Shown here: positions 59,799 through 64,000 of the stretch, in pieces
Position numbering within the stretch: the stretch's first letter is position 1
Layout of the letters: each line of letters begins with the position of its first letter
The notes under the pieces: model-generated
Database searches by the model: none
The model's input: the letters and a program-made list of their open reading frames with translations, nothing else
What the model was told of the DNA's origin: nothing
Origin: Phoronis australis
Lineage: Eukaryota > Animalia > Phoronida
Length of the DNA: 64,000 bases
Reading direction: 5' to 3'
NCBI GenBank assembly: GCA_002633005.1
Contig: NMRA01000701.1
Location: 14,053-78,052, forward strand
Program-made: the position numbers and the translations under genes

Positions 59799-60848
59799 AT
59801 GTCGACGAACGCAACAGAGGGCATGGGATGCCCAGGGAACACAACAATGACAGCAGACGACATTTTTGCTTTCGTCATCGATACTGTAGTAGTGGGAACA
59901 TTTTGCCTCATTGGCATCTTTGGAAACCTTCTTACTGTCTTGGTTTTTGGTTCCGGAACGCAGACGACAATTTCAGTTATGCTAACATCCCTTGCTGTTG
60001 CGGACGGGTTGTTTTTAGCTATCCACGGAATACTTTTCATGTTTCTACGATCAATTTACCCGTTCTCTGATAAAATGAAGGACTACATTGATTACTGGCC
60101 GCGCATCGAAGTCATTGAATTTCCCTTTGGAGTCACGCTGCAAGCCTGTTCCGTTTTCTTTATAGTTTTAGTTGCCGTAGACAGATATTTGGCACTTTGC
60201 TGGGGTTTCGAGACTAGAAATTGGAACACTGTACGCGGAGCCCGGATACAAATTGTTGTTGCATCCATTTGCGCATTTGTTCTGAACGTGCCGCGTTTCT
60301 TCATTCAGACTGTGGTAGAAAAGTTCGATTTCTGCGATAACAAGACGAAAGCTGTTGTCGAGTTGACTCCTTTTGGAAACCAAACCGGGATAACTATCCA
60401 CGGCTACATTTACACATCGCTCGTTTATATTTTGCCAGTTGTGATCTTGATTTTTGTAAACCTCCGCCTCATCATGACATTGAGGCGGAGCCGTGTGTTC
60501 CAAAGAAGGAATTCAAACGCCAGAGACCAGGACAACTCTACGTCGAAGATCACGGTCATGCTTTGTTCGGTTATAGTTGTATTTTTGGTATGTCAAATAC
60601 CGTACGCTATCAACCATTTACTATACGCGACAAATAGTACGATGTCACCTGTCCCACAGCGGTACTACAACATACTGACGAATATGTTAGTTGTGTGTAA
60701 TTCATTTGCGAATTTCTTCGTTTATGTCATCGTGGGCAAAACATTTCGAAAGAAGCTGAAGAAAATTTTGGGAAGGAAGTGCGTTAGAACCAGAAACGAC
60801 GTTCCGCAAACGAGCATTTCGTCTGTTACTTCTGTGACACATTTGTAA
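59799..60848 (+). CDS. Class A (rhodopsin-like) GPCR, FMRFamide-receptor-like/peptide GPCR group, 349 aa, uninterrupted CDS
   Basis: Seven hydrophobic segments with GIFGN (TM1), LAVAD (TM2), VDRY (TM3), NVPRFF (TM4), YILP (TM5), FLVCQIP (TM6) and NSFANFFVY followed by FRKKL helix 8. N-terminal NAT and NTT sequons. An acceptor ttctag at 59780 precedes the ATG, implying an untranslated upstream exon (candidate donors at 59618 and 57284). Confidence 0.93.
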   Translation: MSTNATEGMGCPGNTTMTADDIFAFVIDTVVVGTFCLIGIFGNLLTVLVFGSGTQTTISVMLTSLAVADGLFLAIHGILFMFLRSIYPFSDKMKDYIDYWPRIEVIEFPFGVTLQACSVFFIVLVAVDRYLALCWGFETRNWNTVRGARIQIVVASICAFVLNVPRFFIQTVVEKFDFCDNKTKAVVELTPFGNQTGITIHGYIYTSLVYILPVVILIFVNLRLIMTLRRSRVFQRRNSNARDQDNSTSKITVMLCSVIVVFLVCQIPYAINHLLYATNSTMSPVPQRYYNILTNMLVVCNSFANFFVYVIVGKTFRKKLKKILGRKCVRTRNDVPQTSISSVTSVTHL

Positions 60849-61606
60849 GTTGTACACATTTTCGAAAATCATTAATGGTCTTTTTAGATAGTTGTCAGTT
60901 TTCTAGAACCAAAACCTCATTTGCCAACTCCGTTTATTTGTCGGACCAGCCGCTACTTTGAACACGTGGGAACATGGCAATGGCCATGGGATCCTTGCAA
61001 TACAACTGGCATTGAAAACGTTTATTATTTTACCAAAACAAAAGCATGGAGGAAGTTTAGGTTGCATAAACAGAAAGGCGCAGTATCATAAGTTGTTTCA
61101 GTGCGACCCATTTTTCTGAAATATTTGAACCAGTAGAGAACTTCTCGGCTTGTTGAGACAGTGCGAGTGAACAAAAACTCTCACGCTTTTGATAAAGATG
61201 GGCTGCGTTCCAAGTGTCCACCATGCATTCCAAGAAAAGCACGTGATCACTCTTGCGGGTCTCGCGTTGTGGAACGGAACCCTGGTTCGATCCTGTACTT
61301 CTGAAAATTATGTTACAGTTCGTTTTGGCCAGTCATCATGGGATTCGGTTAGGACTGGAGTGATAATTTTGAGATGTTGAAAAATGAAAGAACGTTCAGT
61401 GACGTCCTTCATGTACAGATGAAGAACATAAAATACTATAAGCCCATGATAATCAAGTTGTCCAACGTTTCTCACAGTCACTTACATGTACATGTATCAT
61501 TTTCTTTGTGTATAAATGACCTTTCGACAAAGTTGAACCTGGACTGTTAATAGAACAGGTAGATAGATATGATTGCAATTTTCCCTATCTTATGCTGATG
61601 ACATTA

Positions 61607-61866
61607 TGAATGCACCGCCTTTGCTAAATGTCTTGATACACGGGGTCAATTTTATGATTAATGGCTTACGACTAAGCCAGAAGTTTAGTGTAACGCTTCA
61701 CAACTATTTCGAAATAATCTCACTTCATCAATGTACAAAGACTGAATGCACGTCTTTGCTAAATATCTTGATACACGGGGTCAATTTCATGATTAATGGT
61801 TTACGACTAAGTCTTCCCCTTCACAACTGTTTTAGAATAATCTCACTACATCAATGTACAACGACT
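61607..61866. repeat. Two-unit tandem repeat (about 135-bp unit) downstream of the GPCR
   Basis: tgaatgcac..ctttgctaaat.tcttgatacacggggtcaattt.atgattaatgg.ttacgactaag...cttcacaact.ttt.gaataatctcact.catcaatgtacaa occurs twice. Confidence 0.85.
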
Positions 61867-62556
61867 CAGAGATTGCTCCCATAAGTGTTTTAAAACATCA
61901 GGCCAACTTAAACCATTCAGTTAACTTTACGGTATGTATTAATTGTACATGCAGCTAGAGTGTGATATGTTGGCAATGTCAAAATAGCAACCTTATGTAC
62001 ACAAGCAAAATGGCCGCCATTTGGAGTGATTGGGTGAGCGTGGCTGAAATGTTGAATCAAGGGAGACAATTACCTGTTTCCGTTCCATGAGCGAAGATGT
62101 ACCGTATCGCAGGCGAATGCCTCGTGAATGTCTTGTATTTAAAAAAACGTTCCCCGATGATACAGATTCCCAATGAATAGTTGACATCCGGTTCCGTATT
62201 TGCCATCATCCGTTTAAAAAACATTTCCATTATTTTAAGATATTTGTCTGTTATCTGGAGCCAAAACCTAAGCTGTTGGGCGAACGTCAGGCTTAGGGTT
62301 TTGTTTTATAATCAAATCGCGTTTTCGTTGTAACTGGGAATATAAACACTGGGTTTATACGATAGTATAAGCACTTGCGTTTATCATCTTATTCAATCAC
62401 CAGCGAGGGAGAATCGCACACGAGATCAGGATAAATACGAAAGCTCGTGTGGAATGTTCCTGATAAAGGTTTTTCACTAACCTATTCTTTGGAAAGTTTT
62501 ACTAGGATACACCAATTCTACAATATGACCCTCTGTCACTTACGTTTTTATTATTT

Positions 62557-62737
62557 ATAAATCTTGAGACAATGTTGACGCCAATGTGGTAAATGTATTT
62601 GTAGAGATTGTTACTAAGTTGCTCTGTATACAGGCTGATGGCTTATTGTTCATAAATCTTGAGACAATGTTGACGCCAATGTGGTAAATGTATTTGTAGA
62701 GATTGTTACTAAGTTGCTCTGTATACAGGCTGATGGC
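62557..62737. repeat. Perfect 86-bp direct repeat, period 95 bp
   Basis: ataaatcttgagacaatg...caggctgatggc at 62557-62642 and 62652-62737. Confidence 0.9.
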
Positions 62738-63880
62738 CTTTCGACTATACGCACTTGTTGTCTTTGTTAAATATCAGTGAACAGATTTACACCCACTGTT
62801 ACAGTTTCACTAATTATATAATCATTGTATTTATTTTGTATCTGTAGTATTTTTCTTTGTCAATATACATGATCTTTTATCTCTTCTCCACATGTTTTAA
62901 TTGTTTCACCATAAACTAAATTCGAGAGCGCTTCAAAGTCATCAATTCTAGCAGGATGCCATTACCAGCAAGGCTCAAGTGGCAAATGAACGACCTTTGG
63001 CTATTTTTCGACAATAATTGCACAATGACTGCTTAACTGAGAAAAAATTGTGGCATATGATTACAAACAGCGGTCCTCTGTCAACAGAATTTCATTAGTT
63101 TTTATGCTTTGCGACATACCCGAAAATAAACAGGTATTCCATCCTTACTCAGACCAAAGTGAGGTATGATTTTGGTCTTGTAAACTGGCTGACAGTACGT
63201 CATTGCTCGAGACCACATGCTCGCCATGACAAGCCAACCTGTACAGCTTGTAATCTCAACCAGTAAGGAACTGTTACTTCCTTCCAAGCTCTGAAATCAC
63301 ACTTTTTTCACTTAAACGGTACGTGGGCTAACTCAACTTTGTTTTCTGTCATAGAAGGCGTGTTCAAACCTGTTTAAGTTCTAACAAGTATCACACAGCA
63401 CCTTTACAGTAGGGGGCCGAGGGAGCTGTGCGGAGGCCCGTTTTATTTGTTAGGGTCACATCGCATTCACATGAAAAGTAACTTACGAGACTGGGTAACT
63501 CGACCGGTTCACATACCACGAAATCCGCCGCAATCTTCAAAGACACCACGCAGTTGTAGGCAATTAGATTGCATCTGGCTGCTGATATTATCGCTCTCAA
63601 GTCTAGATAATTCCCCCCCCCACTGGGGTGGAGACAATAGTATGTCTTTAATTTTCGTTTTAAAAGATTTTTAAATAGTCCGTAGAAGGTACGCGTGGTC
63701 ATGTCTTCGTCGCTTGTTGGAATTTGACCGCTAAAATTTTAATGGTGACACCTGAGAGGACTTCACAGAAGTTAACAAGTTACTAATCAGGGAGCTCTGC
63801 ACCAGAAAGTCAAGTACATACAACGCAGAACGGAAGGATGGTCAACTACAGCTAGTGTGTGTGGTTACTGGATGTGGAAT

Positions 63881-64000
63881 CATTGGCGGATCCAGGGGGG
63901 GGGGGGTCAAGGGGGTCCAGGCCCCCCTTTTCCCTTGATTTTAGTGATATCAAATCTAGACATTTCAAATTGTTTACTTAGACCTTCCTTGTTAAAAAGT
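63881..64000. mobile_element. Left end of a CA(G/T)TGGCGGATCC-type MITE; related degenerate copy at about 8490-8630 (reverse)
   Basis: cattggcggatccaggggg..tcaagggggtcc..ccttttccc..gatttt..tcaaatctaga..ttcaaattgtt aligns with the reverse complement of about 8560-8630. Confidence 0.7.

Noticed and set aside
59759-60503. Overlapping alternative-frame and antisense ORFs in the GPCR
   Set aside because: They are by-products of the GPCR coding sequence.
62557-62737. CRISPR-like repeat-spacer or any prokaryotic system
   Set aside because: There are only two long units and no cas genes, and the whole window is intron-containing animal DNA.

Overview
This is eukaryotic (animal) genomic DNA: AT-rich, with GT-AG introns, SINE/LINE/MITE repeats and N gaps. 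The gene families suggest a marine invertebrate, probably lophotrochozoan (inference). Most short ORFs in the supplied track are spurious. Four protein genes can be reconstructed by hand. (1) A partial, possibly frameshifted VWA-domain gene (- strand, about 5.26-6.0 kb). (2) A 12-coding-exon gene of about 808 aa (+ strand, 12305-25290) with three tandem SPSB/Gustavus-type SPRY domains, no intact SOCS box and a Ras-like C-terminal CaaX motif (CLLS*). (3) A complete alpha-tubulin (- strand, 36218-27723) with Gln instead of the acetylatable Lys40. (4) A class A GPCR of the FMRFamide-receptor-like group with an uninterrupted CDS (59799-60848). Mobile DNA includes a degenerate APE+RT LINE, a TTAA-flanked THAP-bearing Kolobok-like element, an Academ-like relic, tRNA-derived SINEs and several MITE families. 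Two tandem 'duplications' joined by a single N are probably uncollapsed haplotypes. Comparing the copies of the larger one shows a MITE with a 5-bp TSD present in one copy and a hairpin-type excision footprint in the other. It also shows several TA->TACATGTA insertions, and TACATGTA is roughly 10-fold over-represented across the window. All alignments and counts were done by eye.
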